DNA of 64,000 nucleotides from a virus: IMG/VR virus record IMGVR_UViG_3300028653_000010; one strand, 5' to 3'. Shown piece by piece: positions 1 to 10,228 of this stretch (position 1 is its first letter; each line of letters starts with the position of its first letter). The notes under the pieces were generated by a model. It saw only the letters and a program-made list of their open reading frames with translations, ran no database searches and was not told where the DNA came from. The position numbers and the translations under genes were made by a program.

Positions 1-474
1 CAACTCGCCTGATTGCTAATCAACCACCATAGTGTGGGGTCTAGCTGCGGTTACGAGTCGATAGCGATCTGTAATTCCCATTGTCCTTTGCTTTCCTAAC
101 GAACTGACAAACCTATCCTGATGCCACTGTGTGTGACAGACGAAGCTCTAGTTTTCACACAGTTCCCTGTGTGTTGGTTTTATCGGGGGAATGGCCCTAA
201 AACGACTAAGGCCACCGTGGTTTCCCAGGGCGGCCTTCTGTTTACGGGTACTCCGTTATTCAGACTAGCCGCCCTATGTACCCACCTCTGGATTGGCAAT
301 ACGTGCTGAGGTGGGATACCAAGACTTAAGTTGGGCCATATCGCTTGTAAAATGCCCTAGACTATGGACGCACAACGAACCCGACAGCGATATTCTCGCC
401 GGCCTGGATTCTAATGTTGCGGTTTTGAGTAGAGAGGACACGTTACTCCGATTGATTGGCTTCTTGAGCCTTGA
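1..474 (-). ncRNA. Candidate large structured non-coding RNA (continues beyond window start)
   Basis: No convincing CDS. Many stems: 126-133/156-163, 177-182/198-203, 208-237 (GAAA tetraloop and G-U pair only on minus), 281-288/308-315, 427-431/444-448. Minus-strand TTGACG-N18-TAGGCT at 510-481. Confidence 0.5.
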
Positions 475-647
475 GACTGTAGCCTAGCTCAGGGGGCGGT
501 AGACCGTCAAGGTCTTTTTTCGCCTGTGTGATCTTTTTTCTTGGCCCGACATTCCCCTACCTGGGGAGGTCAAACCTTGAGCACCAGCAGTACACCGAGG
601 GGCTGGGGTACGTCAAGAGAAACTTTTACTTATCAGGACCCTTGGTT

Positions 648-1223
648 GTGAAAAGCCTTTTCGCCTCCGAGCCCCCGAAGTTCGTCTGCAAGGTCTTCAA
701 TTCAGAATGGGACCGCTTCGTTGAATCCTGGCTGCCCAAGATCCACACCTATCTAATTGAAGCCCTTGGACCATTCGGCAAGGAGCCCCTACCCACCATC
801 CTCCCTATGGCAGATGGCATGCACATGTCCGGCGCCACCGCCTCCTTCAACATGATGACTGGTCAGGTGCAACTGAGCCCGAGCGTAGAAGGCAACCCTG
901 GGCAGACCCTGGAAAAGCTAACCCACGAGTTCACGCATGGGAGCTATGCCAAGTTCCCTATAGATGATTGCTTCTATGATGAGGGGTATGTTGACTTCTC
1001 AACGTGGGTCCTTGCCCACTCCCCAACTTATGGAGAGTATCGTCAACAGATCATCGACGCGGCCGCCTACAACATCCAAATGAGACGTGAGCGAGCCATG
1101 AGGAACCTCTCGGACTATGACCGCAAGAGGTGGGCTGGTGGGACCTTTGCAAGTATGTTCTACGGTCCTATGATCCTGCACCACATGAAAATGAAGAAGG
1201 CAGAAGGCGACTTCACCTGGTGA
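648..1223 (+). CDS. HExxH zinc-metallopeptidase-like protein
   Basis: LTHEFTHG motif plus downstream DEG. GTG at 648 preferred over track start 528. Confidence 0.55.
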   Translation: MKSLFASEPPKFVCKVFNSEWDRFVESWLPKIHTYLIEALGPFGKEPLPTILPMADGMHMSGATASFNMMTGQVQLSPSVEGNPGQTLEKLTHEFTHGSYAKFPIDDCFYDEGYVDFSTWVLAHSPTYGEYRQQIIDAAAYNIQMRRERAMRNLSDYDRKRWAGGTFASMFYGPMILHHMKMKKAEGDFTW

Positions 1224-1224
1224 G

Positions 1225-1767
1225 CTACTCGCTCTCCAACTCCAACATCAAGTCAATAGCCGACTCTTCCACCACGAAGACATTGGTACACTCCGAAGCT
1301 TCGATCCCTACGCCCGCCAAGCAACCCCTCCACGGCCCCCGTTCAAAACCCAAGGACTTGATCCCCTGAGCCAAAGTGGAGTCCCACACGAACACTTCTC
1401 CTGGGGGTAATAATTTGAGGATGAAGGACAACTTCCTCAAGTCGATATTGATCCCTGCAAGGACTCCTTGAAACTTCAAGTCCACATCAATCACATCAAG
1501 TAAGGGCTTAATCTTGGTGACCCACCTCAACAGGGAACTCAGCTCTACCCTCACAGCCTCCTTAGGACGAGGTAGCTGCAGAACAGGAAGTAATGGTGCG
1601 TCCTCAACCTTCTCACCTACTTCCCCTTTGAAAGCTATGACGCAGTGGTGGTTAGCTACTACAGACCACCCTTCCTGGTGTAGAAACACACTGCTCATCC
1701 ATTGAAACTTCCCTGATAGTAGGAATTTATGAAGTATGTCTAACGGTTCCATCTGGGTTGTATACAT
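1225..1767 (-). CDS. Hypothetical protein with C-terminal MLELESE tag
   Basis: 180-aa ORF; C-terminus shared with both methyltransferases. Confidence 0.6.
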   Translation of the reverse strand: MYTTQMEPLDILHKFLLSGKFQWMSSVFLHQEGWSVVANHHCVIAFKGEVGEKVEDAPLLPVLQLPRPKEAVRVELSSLLRWVTKIKPLLDVIDVDLKFQGVLAGINIDLRKLSFILKLLPPGEVFVWDSTLAQGIKSLGFERGPWRGCLAGVGIEASECTNVFVVEESAIDLMLELESE

Positions 1768-2077
1768 TATCAGGAGTCAGGTGACTGGGAAGCTTTACAC
1801 CGGGATCACGAACGACCTTGAGAAGCGACTGACGGCCCACAACAATGGAACCGGAGCCAAGTTTACTCGAGCGGGAAGACCATGGAAGCTAACCTACCGA
1901 GAGCCAGTGGAGGATAAGAGCTCAGCTCTAAAGCGAGAGCTGAAGATCAAGAATCTAACTCGAGCCCAGAAACTCACTCTGATTCAAGCTCATACATTGC
2001 CCCAGCCATTACCTCTCGGTCCTCAAACTCCCGACGATCCGCTTGAGCAGCCAGGACTCTCAACCGAGCGGTCTTGA
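1736..2077 (+). CDS. GIY-YIG nuclease (YhbQ/UPF0213-like)
   Basis: WVVYII...LYTGITNDLEKRLTAHNNGTGAKFTR...ALKRELKIK. Confidence 0.9.
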   Translation: MSNGSIWVVYIIRSQVTGKLYTGITNDLEKRLTAHNNGTGAKFTRAGRPWKLTYREPVEDKSSALKRELKIKNLTRAQKLTLIQAHTLPQPLPLGPQTPDDPLEQPGLSTERS

Positions 2078-3311
2078 CCGATGGCTCTTCCTTCTCGATG
2101 CCTACGAAGTGGAATCCCTTATTAATAGCAGCTACGCAAGTCGTACCTGATCCACAATAAAGGTCTAGGACAGTCCCGTTGGTAGGGGTCGCCATAGTTA
2201 CCAAGTACTCCATGAGCCGTACAGGTTTGACCGTATTGTGCTCGTTCTCTTCCCCCTCCTCAAGCCCGGCACTCTTCTCTCGGAGATTGGGTTTGGGGAC
2301 GTAGAAGAATAGGGAATCAGGGTCAACATTCAGGAAGTACTTCGAAGCCCCACCAGCCTCAACCTTGTGCTGTTGATTGAGATGGTAGATCGGACACGAG
2401 GGGTGACACTCCCAAGTATCAATGGTCTCATCCTCTCGATGGACTGTTGTGTACTTGTGACCGGCACCGCCACCAAATGGCTTAGCTCCATCATCAAAGC
2501 GATTGATGGGCGGCATAGCCACTACCTGACTACCAACCTTCCGGCATAAGTCCGAATGAACGAAGATGACGTTCGGAGGGAGTCGACCCGAAGTCGAGAC
2601 ATCATTGGCTCCAGACAGGTCAGAAGAGTTCTTCCACGAGTTACCCATCTTGCCCCCGCGCGCCTTGATGGCGTCTACCCCCGCCTTGTGCTTGGCGAAG
2701 TCTGCTAGGGATGAGTGCTTGACCCTAGAAGCCTCGATGTTGATGACCCCAGTCCCAGTGACTTCAAGCTGCTTGAGCAGGGTCTGTTCAGCAATAGGTT
2801 TGCGGAAGACGAGTATTGGTTCCCAGTAAGGTTTAAGAGCCGTTCCGAACTCTTTCCATAGAACCGCTAGGTCGAGGAGGCCCGCCTTCTTGAACTCCTT
2901 ACCGACATCAACATTCTTGGGCATCCCTTGAGCACGAAGCCACCGAAGGATTGGCGGCCCCATCTCAACCGGGATAGTGTCACGATTCGTGAACCCAGCG
3001 ATCCGGATTCCAATTGAGAGGATGTCAATCGTCCGAGTCCCGGCGAACGAGAACAAGAACCCACCGGGCTTGACGACCCTAAGGCATTCCTTCCAGACCA
3101 GGACTGAGGGTAAGTCCCAATCCTTGTTCATGAACTCCCCTGTTACAAGGACCGCCCCATTCAGGTAAGCTAAGATCTCTTCCGGCGTTGGGTCACGCCC
3201 ACCGAGCCCGTAAGGCGGATCTGTTACGACACTATCAAAGAAGTTGTCTGGGTAAGTACGGAGAACATCCAAACACTGACCGTGGAGGATGACGTCTACA
3301 GGTTGAGTCAC
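1974..3311 (-). CDS. N4/N6 DNA methyltransferase (beta class)
   Basis: VTDPPYG, HNTVKP, VLDLYCGSGTT motifs. Confidence 0.92.
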   Translation of the reverse strand: MTQPVDVILHGQCLDVLRTYPDNFFDSVVTDPPYGLGGRDPTPEEILAYLNGAVLVTGEFMNKDWDLPSVLVWKECLRVVKPGGFLFSFAGTRTIDILSIGIRIAGFTNRDTIPVEMGPPILRWLRAQGMPKNVDVGKEFKKAGLLDLAVLWKEFGTALKPYWEPILVFRKPIAEQTLLKQLEVTGTGVINIEASRVKHSSLADFAKHKAGVDAIKARGGKMGNSWKNSSDLSGANDVSTSGRLPPNVIFVHSDLCRKVGSQVVAMPPINRFDDGAKPFGGGAGHKYTTVHREDETIDTWECHPSCPIYHLNQQHKVEAGGASKYFLNVDPDSLFFYVPKPNLREKSAGLEEGEENEHNTVKPVRLMEYLVTMATPTNGTVLDLYCGSGTTCVAAINKGFHFVGIEKEEPSVKTARLRVLAAQADRREFEDREVMAGAMYELESE

Positions 3312-3317
3312 GTCCGG

Positions 3318-4112
3318 CTATACACCAAAGTGGCGCTCAAGAACCCTCTTGATCACCCCTTCATACCGCCTCAACCCTTGCTGGGTCATTGCCTTGTCTT
3401 GTAGGCTAGGAAGTAACCTCTCCCGCGCAATCTCCTCTGTATTGTGACCTTCTAGCAGGAGCTGGAAGTACTCCACGATATCAGGGAACGTCTCCGGGTT
3501 GACAGCGCGCTCTAGCTCCTTCAGTAGAGCTTCTTGCTCAGCCCTCGGGATCATGTCGCCTAGGCTATCCCATGAAGCTGGCTCGGTGACGAGATCTTCA
3601 ATGTCACTGTGGGCGCGTAGCCTTTCTTTACGCATCAAACTGACTGCCTCACTCCTTACAGCTAAGTATGCATAATTCTCAGCGTAGGCGAGTGGCTTCC
3701 CCTTGAATTTACTCTCTAGGGTTGAGTCAGAGAAAAGCTTCATGAATACAAGAGATAGAGTCTCTTGAGACCGCTCGACCTTCATCGAGTCGGATTTGAA
3801 CAATCGAAGGGCAAGGCCTAACGCCTTTTGGCCGAAATCTCGACCATACCCGTGCAATCTGTTGATATCCTTGATACTTTTAGGTACCATAGGTGGGGTG
3901 GGCATCCCCTCAACTCCGTAGAGGAGAAATAACCCGTAGATGGATTGACCAAAGACGGAGGCGTCGGACGCGAACCGGATCTGGTGGAGCAAGTGCGCAA
4001 CTCGAAGGCCCCAAGGCAACGAGCTGAATACTAGGCGCTTGAGTTCTAGGGAGGCTTTGATGAGACGAGTTCGAGCTGTCACATCAGACCCCCTGAACAA
4101 GAGGATTCTCAA
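3318..4112 (-). CDS. Sigma-factor-like protein
   Basis: Region-2-like ETLSLVFMKL...YAYLAVRSEAVSLMRKER and region-4-like FQLLLEGHNTEEIARE. Confidence 0.55.
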   Translation of the reverse strand: MRILLFRGSDVTARTRLIKASLELKRLVFSSLPWGLRVAHLLHQIRFASDASVFGQSIYGLFLLYGVEGMPTPPMVPKSIKDINRLHGYGRDFGQKALGLALRLFKSDSMKVERSQETLSLVFMKLFSDSTLESKFKGKPLAYAENYAYLAVRSEAVSLMRKERLRAHSDIEDLVTEPASWDSLGDMIPRAEQEALLKELERAVNPETFPDIVEYFQLLLEGHNTEEIARERLLPSLQDKAMTQQGLRRYEGVIKRVLERHFGV

Positions 4113-5239
4113 GTCCCGAGTGAGAGGGTCTTGAGTCCACGTTTGGGCAGCCCAAGACGCACAACAATCTCTTCAGGGGAGCACCCCTTCGCTAGCAAGA
4201 TGATGACGTCTTCGTGGGTTTTCGTCATCACATCCGAGTTGTTATCCACAAGGATCTTTACAGCCTCATGCAACTCGGACAGTGTGTCTTGAGTCGAGGT
4301 GTTTGACACGAGGGTGTCTTCCCATGACCGACCCGTCTCAGGGTCTGTCCCTGGGAAGTGCTCCTTGTACCGTCGAGACCGAGTCCGACACCAGTTGGCG
4401 TAGATGTTGTGAACCGCGCGAGCAAGATACAGTTTGAAGAACGGTTTTGACTTGATCTTCCTAGGACAGATGGCCTTGTTATTACGCTTGCCTCTAGCTT
4501 CCCGCTCCAACCGGAACCGTTCAATATCCTCTCGAGAGTAAAGCGCCTTCTTTGAAGCCCACGTACCCTCAATGGGTACTGGGGCCCACTCAGACTTGGA
4601 ACGTACCACTGGAGGACTGATCTGGCGCAAGCAGATGAAGCAAGTGGTCTTGTACCGGTCGGCTTCATCCATACCCCTTCGGAAGGCAACGCTAGGGTCC
4701 TTCACGGCGTACCAGAAGGTCTTCTGCTTCGAGGTCAGGCCAAGCGATGCCAGCATTCTCTTGAACCAGTTAGTCCTCAACGGATCACTCTTGTACCGGT
4801 TGAAAGCCTTGCCAAACTCAACCATGTTCCTACCGCAACAGTGGCAGGTGCCGTGATCCCGTCGAAGGAGTTTGCCCTTAGTGTCTTTTGACACACTTCG
4901 AATGCGGTCGAGATGGCGATCCTCACCAATAAGGTGACGGTGAACGGCGCGCTTCAGTGATCCCCACTCTATATCTAGATAAGCACACGCTTCGAGCGCG
5001 GTCATCTTCTTAGGGAGGGAGCTTGAGTCATTGTACTTCTGAATGACGTCAACTTCGACCAACTTCATCCATACGTGCTGGAGAAGGTCCTCGAAATTAG
5101 CTTGAACACGATTGTACCGTGTGACTAACCTCGTAACAAATGGTGAGTAGGTGTCATATAACACAGTAAAGTTTGAGGGTATGAAATCATCAGGTAAATT
5201 TCCTACTAAATTAGCCACAGTTTCCCTTTTTAAGGTCAA
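4109..5239 (-). CDS. ECF-like sigma factor with inserted HTH and HNH/Zn-like domains
   Basis: FEDLLQHVWMKL ... FKLYLARAVHNIYANWCR region 2 split by an insert (LEACAYL HTH; RRDHGTCHCCG; CFIC). C-terminal HTH LLAKGCSPEEIVVRLGL. Confidence 0.65.
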   Translation of the reverse strand: MTLKRETVANLVGNLPDDFIPSNFTVLYDTYSPFVTRLVTRYNRVQANFEDLLQHVWMKLVEVDVIQKYNDSSSLPKKMTALEACAYLDIEWGSLKRAVHRHLIGEDRHLDRIRSVSKDTKGKLLRRDHGTCHCCGRNMVEFGKAFNRYKSDPLRTNWFKRMLASLGLTSKQKTFWYAVKDPSVAFRRGMDEADRYKTTCFICLRQISPPVVRSKSEWAPVPIEGTWASKKALYSREDIERFRLEREARGKRNNKAICPRKIKSKPFFKLYLARAVHNIYANWCRTRSRRYKEHFPGTDPETGRSWEDTLVSNTSTQDTLSELHEAVKILVDNNSDVMTKTHEDVIILLAKGCSPEEIVVRLGLPKRGLKTLSLGT

Positions 5240-5262
5240 AGCACCAAACTCTACCTACTAGT

Positions 5263-6003
5263 GTGATTCTCTACCTATGTCGGACTCGGTGTATTATCTC
5301 AGTGGACTTGTTGTTGTCAACTTCAAATAAGGCTGTGAACGAATCAATGGTTAATAGTAGTCGCAAGAGGTCTACCTCTAGAGGAGGGGTACGCAAACAT
5401 CTCTCACCATCTGAGCCACTAAGTCTAAGCAACGATCCTGATCTGCCTGATGACTCTGAGGATACTAGTACTATCATCTCAGAGATGGCTGCACAGAAGG
5501 CTGTTTTTGACGCGGCTTTTTCTGATACACCGAATAGAGAGAGGGTTACGACTTATTCTGAAAAGACTTTGAGGTTACTTCCTGTCAGCCCCGACAAGTT
5601 CGAAACAAGGCTGTTGATATTCTGCTTGAACTACTGCTTAGATGTCGTGCGCAGCGATCTAATCCCTACGAAAACAAAGGGGAGACGTTGGTCTCGGAAG
5701 ACCTTTGAGGCCCTATCCATAGGCTGGATGAGGTGGATGACGGATCGAAGCGATGATGGAGTTCTGTTCTACATATCTAACATGCACAACGATGAGCCAA
5801 GAGACGAAGACAAGTCTTTTGACACACTAATTTTGAACTTCTGGTCTAAAGCTATTGAACTATTGGTACTGAATCGGCCCACTGAGGCCAAGAAGTTCTT
5901 CGATAGGGCGAATGAAGTTGGAGCTCAAATTGGAACCAGTATCAATCCGTCCATCTGTTGGACTTACGCTACGAGCTTCTACATGTTGAGGGGTACGAGG
6001 TAG
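5263..6003 (+). CDS. Hypothetical protein
   Basis: Long ORF; true start probably 5302 or later (GGTGTA at 5288). Confidence 0.6.
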   Translation: MILYLCRTRCIISVDLLLSTSNKAVNESMVNSSRKRSTSRGGVRKHLSPSEPLSLSNDPDLPDDSEDTSTIISEMAAQKAVFDAAFSDTPNRERVTTYSEKTLRLLPVSPDKFETRLLIFCLNYCLDVVRSDLIPTKTKGRRWSRKTFEALSIGWMRWMTDRSDDGVLFYISNMHNDEPRDEDKSFDTLILNFWSKAIELLVLNRPTEAKKFFDRANEVGAQIGTSINPSICWTYATSFYMLRGTR

Positions 6004-6625
6004 TGGGGTTGCTTCTATATGGGTTGAGGTATCGGTTATCTTGTTCTCACTGAGAGTATTTGAAGTTACGGTTATTGTGGTTGAAGTTGCTATCAGTATT
6101 CGAATTGAATGTGGAATTTGAGTCCTCAGCTTCACCACTAATTACTTCTCTCGTAGAGAGAGAAGTAATCATAGAGATAATGATCGATCCCAATGAAGAA
6201 GTAGACCTTGGATCAGATGATCCGCGGAGCGACTTCAACAGTGTTAGATCGGTCATTCGTTCTAATCTCTATTCGGGGTACTAATCAAAGCGGACTGAGG
6301 GAGAACATCTCGCAGCCGCTCTTACAGAGGGATTATTCTTCGAGTCCAAATAGCTCTCTCGAAGAACAGAGCCCAATGAAACCAGATACGGAGACACTTC
6401 GATGAGAAGTGATGGCCAATTCCGTACTGAGGCATTTATTGATTTTCGTGGAGGTCTCTGTAGAGCTGCACAGAGTTCCGCGTACCCTTTGGTAAGGGTC
6501 AAGGATCAGGGAACCTTCCTCTACGGCCATGTGAGGGTCTCGTCTTATACACCCTCCAAGATCCCAGTGTCTAGATCATTTTTCTGGTGTATCGATCTTA
6601 GTGTTACTTCTGAGGTAAGTCGAAC

Positions 6626-6943
6626 ATGAACCGAGCAAGCATCGTTAAATTCAGCGATATGAAGCAGTCACCTGAGGTGCGCATGGATCTTCCTGAGCCA
6701 ATACCAATCGGCAGTAAGATTAAGATCGCATTCACACTGAGTCGAGTGAACCGGGGGCGCACCGAAGAGCTAAAAGTGAACGGTGAGTTCCAAGTCACCT
6801 CAGTAGTTTCTGATCTTACACGTGGAACTACCAAGCAGGTAGTAACAGTTTCCTCAATTGGACTTGCCCCAGCATGGGTGGCAGTCAAGTCTACCCCTAA
6901 GAAGCTAGCTCCAACCCATTGCGGACCCACCAAGGTGCTATGA
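6626..6943 (+). CDS. Hypothetical protein
   Basis: 105-aa ORF coupled to next gene by ATGA overlap. Confidence 0.6.
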   Translation: MNRASIVKFSDMKQSPEVRMDLPEPIPIGSKIKIAFTLSRVNRGRTEELKVNGEFQVTSVVSDLTRGTTKQVVTVSSIGLAPAWVAVKSTPKKLAPTHCGPTKVL

Positions 6944-7236
6944 GCGACACCCCTAGCTTCGCCACCGGTACCGAGAAGCTGCCACGTTCAGTCTACTTCA
7001 GGAATCACAGCCTTCTCATTTGCCGAGGTACGCCATCCGAGATGGTCTTGGAAATGGTATCCAGAGACCCCCCGTTGACCGTACGAGAGTCTTTGGAGTA
7101 CCTCGTGAGGCATATAGCCGCGACGCGCAACTTCACCATAGAGCTACCCTGGCAAGCCACTGACGAGATCCTCTGCAACCTCTTCATCAAGGTCTTGCTC
7201 GAGGCTGGCATCGTCGAACCAACCCCACTGTCCTAA
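6940..7236 (+). CDS. Hypothetical protein
   Basis: ATG overlaps stop of previous gene. Confidence 0.55.
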   Translation: MSDTPSFATGTEKLPRSVYFRNHSLLICRGTPSEMVLEMVSRDPPLTVRESLEYLVRHIAATRNFTIELPWQATDEILCNLFIKVLLEAGIVEPTPLS

Positions 7237-7312
7237 CAATCAACCAGATGTTTGTAACTGGGTCTCTTAAATGCCGGTTACACACCCCATTAAATCGGTG
7301 TACTTGAATCCT

Positions 7313-7867
7313 ATGCAACAAGGTATTCTGTCGGGGAAAGAGATTGAAATGGAGACTCATCTCGGTGAGATCGACATAAGTCCGTTCGAGGTTTCTCAAT
7401 TAAACCCAGCCTCCTATGACCTCACACTTGGCGATGGAATCACAGTGTACAATAAGGTCTGGAAGAGCGGTAGTTACTTGGACCCCAAGGTGGACAACCC
7501 AACGAACTCCTTCAAGATGGGTCCTGAGGGGTTCATACTCAAACCTGGCATCGGATACCTGATGCACACTAGAGAGAGTGTCGGAACCAACAAGTATGTC
7601 CCAGCAATTGACGGTAAGTCAAGCATAGGACGGCTATTTGTGCTGGTTCATGTAACCGCCGGTCTCGGGGACCCTGGTTTCTATGGTCAGTACACACTCG
7701 AAGTACTAGCCACCTATCCTATCAGGTTATACCCAGGGATGAGAATCTGTCAAATACGATTTTTCACCATTCGTGGTGAAGTTGATCTTTACAAGGGGCA
7801 TTATCAAGGTGATAATGCCAAAGGCGCGGTAGCGTCACGTGCTTACGAACAGTTTGGTGACAAATGA
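7313..7867 (+). CDS. dcd: dCTP deaminase
   Basis: QLNPASYDLTLG, DGKSSIGRLF, TAGLGDPGFYGQYTLE, PGMRICQI; ATG 10 nt after GGTGTA. Confidence 0.95.
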   Translation: MQQGILSGKEIEMETHLGEIDISPFEVSQLNPASYDLTLGDGITVYNKVWKSGSYLDPKVDNPTNSFKMGPEGFILKPGIGYLMHTRESVGTNKYVPAIDGKSSIGRLFVLVHVTAGLGDPGFYGQYTLEVLATYPIRLYPGMRICQIRFFTIRGEVDLYKGHYQGDNAKGAVASRAYEQFGDK

Positions 7868-8514
7868 TACGAGATCACATAGCCATTGCCTACTCAAATG
7901 CTCTAGAACAGGAATCTGCTAAAGGATCTGAGGAGATCACCGGAATTAGCCCGCTGAAGATGGTCTACTACCCTAGCGATATCCTCAATCAGGTCTGTGT
8001 TCCCGTAGAAGAGGTCACTGAGGAGATCAAGCAGCTGGCGCGAGACATGCTCTTGACCATGATGTTAGAGGGTGGGGTAGGTCTAGCGGCCCCCCAGGTT
8101 GGGAAGAGCATCCGAATGTTCGTGGTCGACGTCCGGTGGCCAGAGGACTTGGAACGTTCTGACCCTCATATCTTCATCAACCCAGAGTTGGTCCTACCCG
8201 AAGGAAAAGAACCGGTCATGAGCCGGGAGGGCTGTCTGTCCTTCCCCGGTGGTAGCGCAAAGATGCCTCGCTACGAGACCATCAAGGTGAAGTACTTAGA
8301 TGGTGAGGGATTCCCCACTGAAATCGAGGCTGAGGACTTCTTTGCCAAAGCGATTCAACACGAGATGGATCACTTGGACGGTAAGACCATTCAGGGGGCG
8401 ATATCAACCCTCGACATGATGACGGTTCGGAAGAACATTCTGGCCAAGTCTAGACAACACAAGCGAGAGGCTAAACCTCATCATCACCAGAAAAACGGGC
8501 GCAAACATTTCTAA
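7864..8514 (+). CDS. def: Peptide deformylase
   Basis: GVGLAAPQVG, EGCLSFP, QHEMDHLDG motifs. Confidence 0.97.
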   Translation: MIRDHIAIAYSNALEQESAKGSEEITGISPLKMVYYPSDILNQVCVPVEEVTEEIKQLARDMLLTMMLEGGVGLAAPQVGKSIRMFVVDVRWPEDLERSDPHIFINPELVLPEGKEPVMSREGCLSFPGGSAKMPRYETIKVKYLDGEGFPTEIEAEDFFAKAIQHEMDHLDGKTIQGAISTLDMMTVRKNILAKSRQHKREAKPHHHQKNGRKHF

Positions 8515-8734
8515 CTAGTTGGTGCTCTGCAGCTACCACAGGGTCCTTGTGCTCATGCCAGATCTTGTAGAGCCCCATCACCTTGTTTTGCTTCCGTCCC
8601 TTGGGGATCGGTTCAATCTCAATGGTTGGGTTTCCGTGCTTGTCTTGCCCGAATGAGACAACGCGACCACGGTGGTTTTTCCATCGGCCATAGAGAATAA
8701 CATCTCCAAGGTTGAAGTACGCACTGAGCTTCAT
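8471..8734 (-). CDS. Small SH3/KOW-like hypothetical protein
   Basis: FNLGDVILYGRWKNHRGRVV pattern. Confidence 0.5.
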   Translation of the reverse strand: MKLSAYFNLGDVILYGRWKNHRGRVVSFGQDKHGNPTIEIEPIPKGRKQNKVMGLYKIWHEHKDPVVAAEHQLVRNVCARFSGDDEV

Positions 8735-8821
8735 TGGTTACTACCATAGCTAGTACGTCAAAACTTTATTGGGAGTCCTGAGGTATGGGCGCTGATAGAG
8801 CACTCATACGGCAGTCATGGT

Positions 8822-10228
8822 ATGGCTGCGTCTCCGCACGTTCTAGTTCAAGATGGCACTGGTCCGCTAATCAACCCTGATCACACAGGAGATCCGAACT
8901 ACCCAGCTGGAGTAAACGTCACTCCAGGCAACACGATATCCATCACGCTAGTAAGTGCTGATAGCGTTGGGCAGTGGACTCTCAGGGTAGTAGGTACTGA
9001 TGAGGATACTGTTGTCCCAGTCCTCGCTAACGTAGACCCCATAACAGGTATCGTCTCGACCCCCGGTAGCACGGTAACCTTCACGGTTCCTGCAGGGGTA
9101 GCTGGTCGAGCCTACATCTTCCAGTCCATAGCCAACAACGGGGGTCCGGCATACACGACGACGTTTGGGATCTATACCCTGACAGCTAGCTCATTTCGTG
9201 TAGGCGCCCTAGGAGAACGCTTCGAGAATGATCCGGTCTTTGGTTGGGCTAGGACCCTCAATCAATTCATCAAGCGTGGCGGGGGTGGTGGCGGCTCGAG
9301 TGTAGAGGCGTTTATTGATGGGGGTTCGATTGGAAATTTCACAAAGCTCAATATTACTGGTACTACTACCTTCAACACCCCAACCCTGACTTCAAGTGAG
9401 CTCAACCTACCTATAAGCCCGGCAGGGACTTGGTCTGCAGTTGGTAACACGGGGACTGATGAACTACAACCCAGTGAGATCTTTCCATACCAAAACTTTG
9501 GGCTTTTCTTTGACGCTTCACTTGGTTCAGGTAACCCACTTGGGATAATGACCGATAGGATGACGGTCAAAGCAGTCTCCTTAGTTGCCTCCCCTGATCC
9601 AGGTAATCCATCACACTTTGATGGGGTAACTCTTAGTAACGCTGATCTAGTGTTACTATCTAGAGGGTCGTTAGGGTCAAACACTATTTACTGGTATATT
9701 GGTGGTAGTTTAGTACCTTACCCATTTATTCCCTGGATGACTACAGGGTTTCAGGTTTATGTTAGAGAAGGTAGCGTTTATGCTGGAAAAACGTTTAGGC
9801 AGACAGCTGTAGCGGATCCAGCACCCGTAGCTTCTTTCCATAACCAGGTTTGGAAGTGTGAACTTGGTCCTGATATCGCGCCACCACTCACCACCTATAA
9901 TGGTACTGGCGGCGGGGTAACCTGGCATATTATCGACACTATTGTAGGTCCACCAGCAGATGGATACGACTTGCTTGTAGTAACTGACAACATTGCTACT
10001 AATACAGGTACTGGGGATAACCTCCAGAGGGAGCGTGGGGTGGTCACCTATCACCGCGCCGGAGGAACCCTATCTCTGTCTGATGATAGTCGATCTCTTA
10101 CCTCAGCCACCTACTTCAGACAGGTGATTAATGGGAACTCGGTGCAACTCCAGGTGGGTCAGCAAGCATCCGGTAATCACTACAGCTTTAGGGTTCGAGC
10201 TTGGTTCGAGTACGTGAGGGCACTCTAA
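8822..10228 (+). CDS. Putative virion structural/tail-associated protein
   Basis: Gly/Thr-rich beta composition, poly-G linker, DGVTLSNADLVLL segment typical of fibre proteins. Confidence 0.55.
   Translation: MAASPHVLVQDGTGPLINPDHTGDPNYPAGVNVTPGNTISITLVSADSVGQWTLRVVGTDEDTVVPVLANVDPITGIVSTPGSTVTFTVPAGVAGRAYIFQSIANNGGPAYTTTFGIYTLTASSFRVGALGERFENDPVFGWARTLNQFIKRGGGGGGSSVEAFIDGGSIGNFTKLNITGTTTFNTPTLTSSELNLPISPAGTWSAVGNTGTDELQPSEIFPYQNFGLFFDASLGSGNPLGIMTDRMTVKAVSLVASPDPGNPSHFDGVTLSNADLVLLSRGSLGSNTIYWYIGGSLVPYPFIPWMTTGFQVYVREGSVYAGKTFRQTAVADPAPVASFHNQVWKCELGPDIAPPLTTYNGTGGGVTWHIIDTIVGPPADGYDLLVVTDNIATNTGTGDNLQRERGVVTYHRAGGTLSLSDDSRSLTSATYFRQVINGNSVQLQVGQQASGNHYSFRVRAWFEYVRAL

Noticed and set aside
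250-370. Group I intron core (CAGACTA / ATAGTC-like words)
   Set aside because: The R- and S-like words lie on opposite strands, and no interrupted host gene is visible.
501-520. Plus-strand intrinsic terminator AGACC-GTCAA-GGTCT-T6 ending a plus-strand RNA
   Set aside because: The stem is weak (5 bp) and overlaps a minus-strand -35. GNRA and G-U evidence favours the minus strand, though the plus strand is not fully excluded.
528-647. N-terminal 40 codons of the ORF-track call 528-1223
   Set aside because: The region contains promoter-like elements; GTG 648 is the more plausible start.
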